NCBI GenBank assembly: GCA_021613535.1 | Contig: CP075495.1 | Location: 11,780,001-11,844,000 of the forward strand | DNA from: Adineta vaga | Lineage: Eukaryota > Animalia > Rotifera | Length of the DNA: 64,000 nucleotides | Direction of reading: 5' to 3' | Shown: piece after piece, positions 1-13,689 of the stretch | Position numbering within the stretch: position 1 is the first letter of the stretch | Layout: each line of letters starts with the position of its first letter | Notes under the pieces: generated by a model | The model's input: only the letters and a program-made list of their open reading frames with translations | What the model was told of the DNA's origin: nothing | The model's database searches: none | Position numbers and translations under genes: made by a program

Positions 1-625
1 GTGGCTATCTAATATTACCATTGACACGGCTTCTTCTCCTTTGATTCATTATTTTCATAGAAAGCGAGATGCTCTAGAAAATTCTCGTTCAGTGTCATGA
101 TGATTCATTGGTAATTTTGCAACTAGGAGAATTAGTCATCGGAAAATTTAATATATAATGATATTCTATATCTTCGTTCATTCTATATGTGCACGAATAT
201 TCTCGTAAAATATGACTTATTTTTATTTATTAGAAAAAAAATGTGACGTCATTTAACGAATGTTGAATAAGACCAAATAAATATTCTTACATTCGATGAT
301 GACGATATTGCAAGTATAGCTAATTCTTTCGCCGACGCTTTATACAACTATTGTAGAGAGGCACAAAAACATTCTTTTCCTTTTTCTTCATCTATACGAA
401 GAAGAAAAAAGTCGGTTCTCCCCCTCATTCTTTTCGTCGTTTTCTTCTCTTCGCCATTTTTTTTCTCTTCCTTTTTCTTTTTCCCATATTTTTCACTGTC
501 TTATTTTTCTTTCTTTTCTTCCTCATACACGTTATGTCATAAGTACGCGATGACCATAGTTAAAGGTTATATTATGATTTTTCCTCCTTCATCGATAAGA
601 TACATTTCAGTTTATTTGTTAATTC

Positions 626-3600
626 ATGAAAGATATTTTCCTATACGGTGACGTACGAATGGATTTCCTCGAAGTTCCTCGTAAGGCCGATCATCATACA
701 TTCTATTTAAGTTCATGTGAGTCAGCCGCTGGTATTGATACACATGATTCAAATATTTCCTCAAGATGTTCGTCTCTATCATCGACTTCATCCTTAAATG
801 TCGAACTACCTACACCGATTTCTCCCGTGCATACGAACAGTTTTTTAAATGTTCTAAAACGATTACATTGTTTAACACTTCGTCGAAAGAAACATGGTCG
901 ATATCGTTCATTATCAACATCGTTACATCTTTTCTTCAAGAAACATCCACAATCATCCATTGATATTAGTCAATCAACAATCGAATTTTGTAAATCACCA
1001 TCTAGTCCACAATTTCCAACAATCAATACAGATAATACAATCCAATTAACTCGATCAAAAGGAAGTAGTGCTAGTTGTCAACAGATCTCTCTCCCCGGTG
1101 CAAACAAAGATATATATTCTAATAGTAAATCTCACAATTTTCAATCGCGAAGATCGTTATTAAGACGTTTAAGATCTTCGCACAAGACAGTTAGTGAAGA
1201 TAATAATACCAATACATTAAGTTCAGTCGAATTAGCTCTCACATCACAAATTCTTCCAACTCTATTCATTACAGAATCAACTTCACTAGTAACACCTGTT
1301 CAACAATTAACATCTTTTGATTATATACGTGTAAGTGATCATACGTTTTCTTTTCTTGTGATCCTATTCAGTATTTCGGGATTGTGATGAATTATCAAAT
1401 AATAATATTTATCTTCTCTAGACATTCATGAAATATCATGACTTTTCTTTTTCGTCTCCTTACAATTGAATATTGAAATAATATCATTCCTTCACATTGA
1501 TGATTATTTCTTATTTCCTTCCTTTGCTAAAGATTCTTTTGCTGTCTTTATTTATCTAGATATTACTAGTATTAATCTTCTATGTGATGAAACATGTCAT
1601 TGTTGATTAAAAAAGATAGAAGAGAGAAATTTCTCTATTTGTGTTTCCTCAGAAGAGGAGTATCAACACACAAGGCATATATTTGACGTAATTTCAGTTT
1701 CATATTCTCGTCTTTCCTAAATTCCTATTTTTAAATCAAATGATAAGAAACTACATTTACATACAATCATCTTTATGACCTTTCTCCAATCATTCTTCTT
1801 GCTTTCAATAGTACCTATAGTTTTTATCGATCTCTACCGATCCTTGTATAATATTACATATTAATTTGACTAGTTTTGTCATGTGTTGTGTGGATGATTA
1901 ATAAGATAGAAAAGACACAAATACGCTTGCGTAGGATGATGAGATAGAATGACATGTTTTTTCTTTGAATATATATATACTTGACAAAGGACGGAGGTAT
2001 TCTTTGAAATAAAACCCCCAAACTATACTACTATACCCTATGTAATTATGAACATTTAAATGACAAACAATGATAGGCAGTTGTTTTCCGTATTACATTC
2101 TTTGCGTTCCTTCTCCTTCTTCTTCTGCTTCTTTCTGTTTTTTTTCTGTTTCTGTTGTTTCTAGTTATATTAGATGGCAACCAGTGTCGACCTTGTGTAA
2201 CTCGTAATGTTGTTGTGATGTTGTGATGTTATTTCACCTTGGAAATGTGCACCAATGTACACATATACATAGTCAAATGAAAACATCGAAATACATAACA
2301 ACAAAAAATATGCCATATGTTATTTGAAAATAAAGCAAAGAGGAAACAATGTTATGATATTTCTAAAGAGAATATCAGCTGCTTTCTCCGCCTCTTAATC
2401 ATTAAAATATCTCCGGAATAATAATTGTAACCTTGCCATATGACATTCTAGATAAATATCAAATAGAGAATTGAACAGATTATCGTCGTGAAGAAGAATC
2501 TTGCTATCTTTGTTTGAGTTTAGGTCCTAACATATCATATTATTGACACGAAAATTAACCTTGTCATATTGTAGTCAGTTTTATAATTGTCATTGCCATG
2601 ATCGCAAACCTTTCGTGATGTTGATTAGAGATTAGACAGACAGAGACGATAAGCTTACAATAGAAAAAAGAATAACTAATAGAAATAAAAAAAAAGAAAG
2701 CGAAGATTCGGCGTTCTTTTTTTTCTCTCTCGTCCTTTGAATACACATCACCGAAAAACGACAACGTTTTCGTTTTTTACTCGTGTAACAAGATGGTTTG
2801 ATAGTGAGCATATACATATGCAAGATAAAATGCATCTCAAAACTCAGGTATGCACTACCTGTTTTTTTGTCGTTTATTCAACCGATTGATTTGATAATTG
2901 AAGTCGGAATTGGAGTTACCTTTCTCCTATTATTATATCTTATGAATACTTCTTTTTCAATATTGATCTCTTACCATAGATTCAACTCCAGACCATTATT
3001 AGAAACTAGATTACTTAAAACAAAGTGTTATGATAAAAATATTTGTTTCTTTTGCGCCGAGTATGTCTAATGGAAATAAGAATGATAAACAATCATCGAA
3101 TTTGAATGTATGCTTAAAATAAACTTTGCCACAATTTACATAATAATAACAATCGATGAATAGAATATTGATATATTAAAAAAAAGAATATTTTATCTCA
3201 TTTTGTTTTGCTTTTTATATTTAGGATGAACATAATAGTAATGAACATGAGATTGAAATTACCAACGTTACAAGAGAAGGATGTGAACGAGCTGATTCCT
3301 CACATTTTGAACTTTTACAAACATTGGGTGCTGGTTCATTCGGAAAAGTAAGAATGATGTGATCTGAAAATTGTAATATTATGTTTGATCTTCTTTGCTA
3401 GGTTTTTCTTGTTAGAAAAATTATTGGTCCTGATTCAGGTTGTCTCTTTGCGATGAAAGTATTGACCAAAGCCAGTCTTAAAGGTGAGCATACATTTCGC
3501 ATCAATTGTTTATTGATTTCTTTTTCTTTTTTGTATTATTATTAGTTCGCGATCGTCAACGAACGAAAATGGAACGAGATATACTTGCCCAAATTTCTCA

Positions 3601-5876
3601 TCCATTTATTGTTAAACTTCATTATGCTTTTCAAACTGAAGGCAAAGTTTATTTGGTGCTTGATTTTTTACGTGGAGGAGATCTATTTACACGTCTATCT
3701 AAAGAAGGTAGAATATTCTTTGTTTTTCTATGTATTTCTAAGTAAATTTGAATTTTTATTGTTCGTAGTCATGTTTACTGAATGTGATGTTCAGTTCTAT
3801 TTGGCTGAATTAGCTTTAGCACTTGATCATTTACATTCACTTGGTATTGTGTATCGTGATTTAAAACCAGAAAATATACTTCTTGATACGGATGGTCATA
3901 TTGCATTAACTGATTTTGGTTTATCAAAAGAATCAATACCAACACAAGATTCAAAAACATTTTCGTTTTGTGGTACTGTTGAATATATGTCACCCGAAGT
4001 TGTTTCACGTAAAGGACATTCACATGTCGCTGATTGGTGGTCATTCGGTGTCTTAGCATTTGAAATGATTACAGGTCATTTACCATTTCATGGAAGTAAT
4101 CGTAAAGAAACAATGAGTATGATATTAAAAGCCAAATTAGCCATGCCAACTTATCCATCATTAGAAGCACAAAGTTTATTACGTATGTTATTCAAACGTA
4201 ATCCAGCGAATCGATTAGGAGCTGGACCTGATGGATTTCGAAATATTCAAAATCATCCATTCTTTGCTTCAATTGATTGGAATAAATTATATAAAAAACA
4301 AGTTGAACCACCATTTATACCTCCTATTCATTCCGATTTTGCACATTATTTTGATAAAGAATTCACTTGTAAAACACCTACAGGTTAGAAAAGAAAAAAA
4401 CTATATGAATAATATTCAACTAATTTATTGAATCATTCTTCTAGATTCACCGGGTATTCCACCAAGTGCTGATGCTCATGATTCATTCCATGGTTTCAGT
4501 TACATTGCACCAGAATTAATAAGTGCCCGTCAAAATGATCCAACATATTCAAATAATATTGAAAGACGTTTACGATCGATTATTGGAGTTAAATTAACAC
4601 CATTTCAAGATGAATATGATTTAAAAGAAACTTTAGGACGTGGTAAAACATCTACATGTTATCGATGTATACATCGACAAACACGACAAGAATACGCTGT
4701 TAAAGTTATTAAAGATGTTAATATCAATGATCCATCTGATGAAATTGAATTGCTGTTTCGTTATAATCAATTAACACATATTATTCGAGTATGTCAAGAA
4801 GAAAATATTCGAAAATGAAGTGAAATCTGAATTCGTTTTCGTTTAATTTAGATGCGTGATGCATTTTATAATTCACCCAAAGTTTTCATTGTGACTGAAC
4901 TAATGCGTGGTGGAGAATTATTCGATAAAATTCGTCAAGAAAAATCTTTATCCGAACGTGAAAGTGCAAAAATCATGCATGTAATTATAAAAACTATCGA
5001 ACAATTACATCGAAATTCAATAGGTAATACAAAGTTTGTTTTTAATTATTTATAAAAAAAATATATATTCATATTTAGTACATCGTGACCTTCAACCTCG
5101 TAATATAATGTATGTCGATGAAAATCGTCAACCGTCATCCTTACGTATTGTGGATTTGGGTTTTGCTAAACAACAACGAGCTGAGAATGGCTTATTGATG
5201 ACGCCTTGTTTTACAAAAGAATATGCTGCACCTGAAGTTCTATCGAGAAAAAAATACGACGAATCTTGTGATATCTGTATGTGTTACTTACAAAAAACAC
5301 AATGAATTAAAAATTGATCTTTTTCAGGGAGTCTCGGAATTCTTCTTTATACTCTACTAGCTGGCAACACACCATTTGCACTTGATCGAAACGATTCTCA
5401 TGAATTGATACTTGCACGAACAGCTGTAAAATTAACATTTACTGGACCAACTTGGGATCGCGTGACAGAAAATGCTAAAGTAATTTGAATATTTTCAAAT
5501 CTGATCAGAATATATTTTCTTTCGATTACATTCAAGGCTCTTGTTAGTGCAATGTTGGATGTTGATCCAAAGAAAAGACCAACAGCTTTAGAACTGTGTA
5601 AACATCCTTGGTTTTCAAATATGGATAGTCTTCCGAATACGAAATTAAGTAATATTCAAGACCATAATCTTGTTCGAGTAAGGATTTTGTTTTTGAGTTT
5701 TTAAAAAAAGACAAAAATAAATTATTATTATTTAGCATAATCTCGATGCAACGTTTAATGCGATCAATGCTAATCCAAGTAAAAGTTTAACCCTTGGTCC
5801 AATTGGTGATTCAAATCTATTTAAACGACGTAATGAACGAACTAATCATCAACAGCAAACCGAAAAAGTGAAATAA
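626..5876 (+). CDS. RPS6KA: p90 ribosomal S6 kinase (RSK), two kinase domains, multi-exon, alternative first exons (626/659-1330 or 3063-3107, both phase 0 into 3225)
   Basis: Spliced translation: [34 protein letters not shown]; YRDLKPEN; DFGLSKE; TFSFCGT (activation loop); TPTDSP and FHGFSYI (turn and hydrophobic motifs); second kinase with LLMTPCFT; C-terminal NLFKRR ERK-docking-like motif; stop 5874-5876. Confidence 0.95.
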
Positions 5877-6756
5877 AGAAAAGTTTTACGTACCATTTTG
5901 TTTATTTATTCCTTCTCAAACAACTGATATGTTTGTGTCTGTTTTTTTTTAACCGTTTTGTTTCTTTTCTCTCTCATTGTTCTTCTGTCTCGGTGGTTTG
6001 TATATCTCTGTCATATTTTCTGTTTTCTTCTGTTCAAGACTTGTATAACCTGAACAGTATCTATATTTTTGTTCTATCTCTCTCTCTCTCTCTCTTTCTT
6101 CTTCTTGTTGTTGTTATTTCTATGATTACATTTGTTGCTGTTGTTCGTTTTGTTCGAAAGTTTTTCAAACGCTAGTACGATGCAAATGTACACAAGAAAA
6201 ACATAGACACACAAACAGTATTCATAGTTTTGTTTTTCGTACATTTGCTAGTTACCTTTAGTCAAGAGAAAAAAGACAACGAAGGAAAAACTTGCATGAA
6301 AATTTTTTCATTGAAATCAAGTTTTTCTTTTACTCAAGTGAACAGTTGTTTGTTTCGGTTATTTACTTCGTTCTGTTTTTGTTTATTGTTTATCTATGAG
6401 ACAAAACTTTGTATTACACACTAACTGTTTGAAAAAAAATGAGACAACAGTGAGAAATAAAAGAAAAAACTCTAAATGTTTTGATCAATAGAACTCTTTG
6501 AAATAATGTTCGAAGAAGAAAAAAAAACGGACTGGACATTTTCATTCTAATCTAAACCTCAAGATCTTTTTTCTGTCTGTTGAAAGTCGAGTAATAATGA
6601 AATATTGACGTTATCTATTTTCATTCTCATATCTTTTTTTATTTGATATTGACTTCAAATATATATATATATATATAAATTTTAACATAGATAGTTATAT
6701 TATCAGTCGGTTTTTTCTTTCTATTGTGTGGATATTTTGTGATTATTATTCGGAGC

Positions 6757-8480
6757 ATGGTGAGGTTACTGGTTGTATCGATTATCATATCCATTTTATT
6801 TGGAATTTTTGTTTCAAATGTTGATGCTTATAAATCGTATTCGAAACATCAATTATGGCGTATATATGTTCGAAATAATGAACAAGTAGCTCGTATGTTA
6901 GAATTTAGTCGTATTGCACATTTGCATGGTATCAATTTCTGGTCCGAAGAATTTCGTATGAATATTCCAGTAAGTTCTTCCGTTTTTCATGAATTTTTCG
7001 AATATATCAATATATATATATATATTTGTTAATCTAATTAGATAATTGCTAGTGTTCCACCTGAATTTGTTGATGATTTTGCAGAATATCTATCATCATT
7101 TGATAATAAGATTCAATATGATATTATGATGAAAGATATCGGTGCAGTTATTGATCAACAAAAAATATTACATAAAGTACGTCCATCAACGGTTAATGCT
7201 GATGATTTTGCTTATGATAAATATCATACAATTGATGAAATTCATGGATGGATCGATAAAATGGTTCAAACATATCCTACGTTAGCATCAACATTTACCG
7301 TTGGTCAATCATATGAAAAACGTGATATGAAAGGTTTGAAAATTTCGTCAAGTAAATTAGCTAAGAAGCTAGATGGAACTCCAGTAAATCAGAAAAAAGC
7401 TGTTTGGTGGGATGGAGGTACGTTTCATTATTGTTACTTTTACTGGTAAATGAATGAATTCATGTTATTTATTTAAAGGTATTCATGCTCGAGAATGGAT
7501 TAGTCCAGCAACGAATATTTATATTGCTCATGCACTCTTATCAAATTATAGTAAAGATCCAACTATTACACACATAGTTGATCAATTCGATTATTATATA
7601 TTACCGGTTTTTAATGTTGATGGATATGCTTATACATGGACTAAAGGTAGAATATTCTGTGAACTAAATTAAGTTTATTTCTATTTAATTAGATCGTTTA
7701 TGGCGTAAGACTCGAAGTAAAACTATCATTCCACTTTGTTATGGTGCTGATCCAAATCGTAATTGGGATTATAAATGGTGTGAAGGTAATCCTTTATTGA
7801 CATTAATTCTAAAAGAAAATCGTTGTATTCTATTAGGTGGTGCTTCACGTGATCCATGTTCTGATACATATTGTGGCCATAAAGCATTTTCAGAAGTTGA
7901 AACAGTACAAGTTTCTCAATTTATTGGTGCTCATAATGATACCATTGTACATTATATCAATTTTCATTCCTTTTCACAATTATGGATGACACCATGGGGT
8001 AATAATTTTACAAAAAAAATGTATGATTTAATTTTTATATGTTTCTTCGTTGTCTTTTTCATAGGATATACAACTAAAAAGCCGGATCAATTTAAATTAC
8101 AAGATGATGGCTCAGCAGCAGCTGTCGATGCGCTTGCAGCTGTCTATGGTTTGTGTTGCATAACAAATATTTCTTCCTATTTTTCGACTATTTTAGGTAC
8201 TAAATATGTACATGGCAATATTGGTGCAACTATCTATGTTGCATCAGGTAATACAGTCGATTGGACATCTGGTACAGCTAATGTAACATTCAGTTATGCT
8301 GTTGAACTTCGTGATACTGGTAAATAAACTCTTTTGAAAGAAGAATTCTTTTCGATGCCTTTCGTTTTAGGTGAATATGGATTTTTATTACCAGAAGATC
8401 AAATTATTCCAACTGGTCAAGAAACATTAGCTGGTGAACTAGCTTTGTTAAAATATATTGAAGGACATGTTTATGGATAA
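6757..8480 (+). CDS. Secreted zinc carboxypeptidase, M14A (CPA/CPB-like) with signal peptide and prodomain
   Basis: Signal peptide MVRLLVVSIIISILFGIFVSNVDA; prodomain with INFWSE; motifs DGGIHAREWISPA, PVFNVDGY, WRKTR, GADPNRNW, HSFSQ, SGNTVDW, VELRD, YGFLLP. Val at the S1' position (Asp in CPB) suggests CPA-like hydrophobic specificity. Confidence 0.93.
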
Positions 8481-9100
8481 GATGGAAGATACCATTACAT
8501 CCAAATCGAACTAGTTTTCTAATTCTTTTCTTCTTTTACTTAGTATTTTCGAGTACGAATGTACGTTCTAAAAAAAATCAACACTTTAGAATTTGAACTT
8601 TAACTTCTTCTTTTTTGTACGCGATTTTTTCAAACTCGATTAGTTTTTCTTGCCATAACTAAATTGTCTTTCAATTTTTGACAAAAAATGAATAAAATTC
8701 CAACCACTCTTATTTCACTACTCATATGTCAATATCATGCGAACAAGAAAAACAAAACAGTATATGTAGTCAAAAATAATTACTTGAATGAATTTTGATC
8801 TTTGACTTATTATAAAGTTAAACTTTTTTTTGTATCGATGAGAAGAAAACCTAATAAGTAAATGAGTAATCGATGAAAACGGTGTCTGGAGAGGTTATAA
8901 TCAGTATACACTGTTGACGTGCAAAAGTCAATATAGATCTGCGATCGATCGTGTTTACTTGTTATCGTTGAAAAAAGAAAGATTGTTTTTCAATAGTAAA
9001 CAAGACGAATCTAACGCATTTACTCGCGTTGATCCGTCGTTGTATGTTTTCTTTCATTTAAATCAAATATATAATGGGCGTTATTTTATGTATCTATATA

Positions 9101-9124
9101 ATATATATATATATATATATATAT
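9101..9124. repeat. (AT)12 microsatellite
   Basis: Direct reading of the sequence. Confidence 0.9.
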
Positions 9125-9275
9125 CGATTCATATCCCTTGTAAACTTTCTATTATTCTTGTCGTTCGTGAATAGCATTGTAATACGTTAAAAGAAAAGAA
9201 AAGCAAACATCTGTTTTCAATACGTCTATTACAAAAAGAACTTTATCCTGAATTCAATCTATTTAAAGAATAGAA

Positions 9276-10347
9276 ATGGTTGCGATAAAAAAACAATTGA
9301 TTCCTAAATCATGGTAAGTCATATAAGGGTTACTTATCAATATCAATACAATTTCTTGCAATATATGACGGTATTGAGTAAATACTTACATTTCGAAGTT
9401 TAAGATCTTTTTGCCTTTTCTTATCATTCACAAATGTCTCCTTGAAATAAAAAGTTTTCTTTCATTATTTGACTGAAGACATTTTCTTCTTCGCATCTTT
9501 TTATCATCAACATTATTATTTTTTCTTCTTTTCGTTGCTAGGATGACGTCTAATGAAACAACAGCTATCAAACCACTTATATTCGATGAATATCTCACAC
9601 ATTTAAAACCTATTGATGAACAATATGAACTTGCAAACAAACGACTCTTACAAGAACAACCAAAACTTCGTAGTTCATCTCTTTTTCCACCAATTGCACG
9701 TAATGTACCATCAAAATCAATGGTAACCAATCGTAATATGGAATCACCACCGTCATCAATTGTAAATGGTTTGACAACTCGTGAAAATTATCTACGTTCT
9801 GTTTCTCGCAATAATGTGTCATCAATTACTTCTGGTTCACCACGATTACAGACGGGAAATACTATTCGTCCAAAACGAACATCTTTATATGACAATATTG
9901 GACCAAAAATTAATACAGGTTTAATGCCACGTTCAGAAAGTATAGCTCGAGCTGAGAATGATACTCATCGATTAGGACCAATTCGTTCAATCAATTGGCG
10001 TTTACTAAGACAAGAATTAGAACGTGATTTAGAAATACGTGCACAGACGAAAAGATTACAATTTAATTCTGGTATTACATATACACAACAATTAATAACA
10101 TTAGGAGATCTTGTTCGATCAAAAGTTAAATCTCATGTTTTAGCTATGATGGGTCATGTTGAAGAACGTTATAAAATTGTCGCACATCTTACTGTTTTTC
10201 AAACAAATACAGCTGGATTATATGTTACATCGAGATGTTTATGGAATCCATATAACAGATAATTCGATAACAATTAAAATGCACGGTGTAGATTGTGATA
10301 TTCTTATTGTAATATTTTTATGTTATACAGAATTGGGAAATAACTAA
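9276..10347 (+). CDS. Tctex1-domain (dynein light chain-type, TCTEX1D-like) protein; +1 frameshift at about 10254
   Basis: Exon 1 9276-9313 joins acceptor 9541 in frame. The C-terminal domain reads ERYKIVAHLTV...SRCLWNPY and continues TDNSITIKM...LIVIFLCYTE in the +1 frame, matching the Tctex-1 pattern RYK.....SRCLWD..TDN...VFG.Y.E. Confidence 0.8.
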
Positions 10348-10916
10348 GATTATTTTTTTTACATTACGTTCTGTTCAATTTTGAAGATCAAATAAATGAA
10401 ACTCTTGTGAAAATCTTCAAATAGATATAAGCTAGTTGACAATTATTTTGGGTTTATACACAGCACATAAAACTATCTAAGAAGTACTTTTGACACTCTT
10501 CTTCCGTAACATTATCAGCTTGAATAAATGACAGACTGTTACCGAAACAGACATAAGAGAAAAGGTTAATAAAGAAAAGATCTGCGTAGTTCTGAAAAAT
10601 ATATACATAACGATATTTTGTTGCTAATCGTTCTTTCGGTTCTTTAATCGAATACGATATCTCTACTCTTTATTACATATTGCCACATATTTCCTGGTGT
10701 CTAACTTGTGGTTCTGTTGTTTTTTTTTGACTTATATTGCACCAACACTGCTACCAATTGACAGTAATCAGGCTAAACAAAACCAAAACAAGTTATTTAT
10801 ACTTGTTCTTTTTTTCATCGCATATCCAGACATTGTATTACTCTACGATAAGTATCAATTGAAATATACGACGCATTTTATCCCACATAGTTATGTTAAA
10901 ATCGATTTATATTTCA

Positions 10917-12339
10917 TCAAATTCTATCTTTTTCCGAGTGAGTACAAGAATTATGTTCATTCGAATATCTTCCATCAAAGTGATTCATTAGTTGATAACA
11001 ATGATTCATTTCAAATTGAAATTGTCCATTGCATATACATTGAGTTGGCTTATCATGTTGTTTAGAACGATCAAATTTGATTGCAAAGTGACAATGAATA
11101 TCTTTGCCATGAGAAATGATGTAGAATGAGAGAGAAATTATTTGTTGTATTCTACCTGATTTGCAGAAAGATTTGAGATAAATCGATTGTTTACTAAATA
11201 AACCATTTGAATACGAAGATGAAATATTTAATATTGGTTCCTTTATCGGAAGAAATCTATCAAATTTTGTGAGAAGTTTAAAAAAACAAGATCATACTTT
11301 ATAACACGAACATTGTCGATTGAATTGAATTGAACAAAATCGTGGTGTAACAAGAAAAAAATCTTTTCCATCATCAACATAACCTTTTGATGATGACATA
11401 ATCGTTTCATTTTGATTATTTCCATGATCAAGACCAAAAACATGTCCAAGTTCATGTAAATAAGCACCAATCAAATAAAACAAAGAATTCACACTAATAA
11501 GAAAAGCAACGTATAATAAGTAATCAAATAGAATGCATTACTTTTGAGTCATGAGATTTTCATAGAATTCATCGAATGAACTTGGTAAATGACGAAAATG
11601 TTCTGGTAAATTTAAAACAATCAAATTTTTAAATGCTATAAATACACAAAAGAAAGAGAGGAAAATCCTTTTTCAAATCTCATAGAAAATATGAACGAAC
11701 TAGAAGCGAATGCTAATGATGGTGAAATAGATGAATTAATGACTAGTTTAATGGATAGATCTTGAGCAAAATCCATAGTATATATCTGCCGATAAATTTC
11801 TTTAAAAATATCATTATCTGTTAATTTCTCTTGAAAATCTTTTCTTAACATTGAAACATGATGAATTTGTTTCTCAATTTGAAATAATAATGAACGTTGA
11901 AAGTCTGTTTGTTTGGAAAGAATTTCATCTAATGTACATCGAACAAGTTTTGTTAAGAAGAAAAATTGTTTACAAAACTGTTCTATATTATTATTTGTAT
12001 CATCACAAAAGGAAATGTAAACAAGTCGAAGACTGATATTGTTATTTGTTTTTGTTGGATAATAGAATAATACAAATGTTAATTCTGATATTGTTGTAGA
12101 TAGATGTATTTGATTTTCACCAGGAATAAGTTCAATATAGATCTTAGAATATAGGGTAAGAATTAATAATGAAAAATAATATGTTTAATTTTCACTTTAA
12201 AGAGTCCTTGAGTAATTGGCCATTGATATTTTTGATTAACTTGAATGAATTCATGATAGATACTATCATATCCAAATAATTGAATAATTGATTGATAAAC
12301 AGTTTGTCCTGCTTGATAGTTTATAATCCAAAGACACAT
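10917..12339 (-). CDS. Putative zinc metalloprotease, YIL108W/Metallopep-like
   Basis: Spliced minus-strand translation starts MCLWIINYQAGQTVYQSIIQLFG, includes WPITQGLFKIYIELIPGENQIHL (typical family N-terminal pattern) and GAYLHELGHVFGLDH...TIMS (HExxHxxGxxH plus Met-turn-like). 3' end uncertain. Confidence 0.7.
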
Positions 12340-13344
12340 TGAAAATCTAGAGTAAAAAAGACATTTTTCCTATTTTTAAACAATAATACAAATTAATATT
12401 TCTATTCTAAACATTGCCAGATTTTCTTTTTGAATGATAAACGACATATATGAGTGCACAGTAGGCGTGTTCGTAAATAGTTCGATAGAAAAAACAAAAA
12501 CAAAAAAATTATCATCATCCAGCTGAGTTCGATTCATTCGACATTTTCACCTTTGACATAATAAATAACATCGATTTGATCGATATGTTTTATTCTAATT
12601 GAAACCACGCCTTAGAAAATATTCTCTCGTCTATTTTTCTTTGACACTCCTACGTATTCTCTATTGATCAATTATCTTCTATAGGTCTTTACAGAGACCT
12701 ATTGATCATCATTTGAAGAATGTCAAAAGAAAACCTATAGTTATATGTGTTACGCTTAACTTCCTTAGTCAAGTGTTAGCGAAGTCAACATAATATATAA
12801 TGTTATTTTCTTTTCTTTTTTATCTATTTCTTTATCGTTGATGCTATCTGAAAGAAATAGCTCGTTGCTGTTTGATAAGCACGAATATGTACAGTGCAGA
12901 GCAAATGAAATCACGACACCAACACCAACAACAACAACACTAATAAAACTATCAACACAATAGTAGACAATCAACAACTACCGTATAAAAAAAGGAACGA
13001 AGTCGGTAAACAGTTAGACAGGCAAAAGCATAGAATGATAGTACCAGATGAGAAAAATGTCATCCATCATGTCAATCAGCCGATCCCAAGTGGAAATTGA
13101 GATGGGCAAAAGAGAAGAAAAAGGGAAAAAGAAGGAAAGAAGAGACCTTGCTAGACGATGCAAGATATACCTCCAATATTCTCGTTATTCTCTTCTGTAA
13201 GAGAAAGACAATTTCTGTAATCATCTTCGTAATATCATCGTTGTCGTTCGTCGTCGCTTTTTCTTTTATCTCTCATTTGTCTGCTTTCATCTCAACTGCA
13301 CTTTTCTTATTCACTCATATAATCTTTTGTGTGAATTTATATTA

Positions 13345-13689
13345 ATGGCATCAGCAGGTATAACAACTGATGTCACATCGAATGCTGCCCGAATTGATGT
13401 TGTGTCATTGATTGTTCTTGTATCTTATCCCAAACATTATCGTATATTTGCCGAGAAAGAACTTGTTCATGAAATTCTTCCCAATGCAGCTGATTCAGCA
13501 TTTGTTTGGTTTGGCAATTATTCAGCCGAAAAAGACGAACATCCACTTGTCTATATGGACGTTATTAGCAAAATGATTCGTTTAGGTTATCAAATATCTG
13601 CATCAACTGGTGGTGGTGGAAATCCAGCAATTGGAGATAATATGTCCACTCATACATCACATTATATTTTAATTCGCAAACGAGAATAA
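13345..13689 (+). CDS. Single-exon 114-aa protein resembling the KCTD1/15 C-terminal (GFRP-like) domain, no BTB domain
   Basis: Clean ORF with coding-like composition; DVISKMIRLGYQISASTGGGG...SHYILIRK resembles the KCTD1/15 CTD pattern (VLERL..RG..V.ASCGGG...FSEYVL.R). Confidence 0.7.
   Translation: MASAGITTDVTSNAARIDVVSLIVLVSYPKHYRIFAEKELVHEILPNAADSAFVWFGNYSAEKDEHPLVYMDVISKMIRLGYQISASTGGGGNPAIGDNMSTHTSHYILIRKRE

Noticed and set aside
12681-12702. Hairpin ATAGGTCT-TTACAG-AGACCTAT
   Set aside because: An 8-bp stem is expected by chance in 64 kb; no other support.
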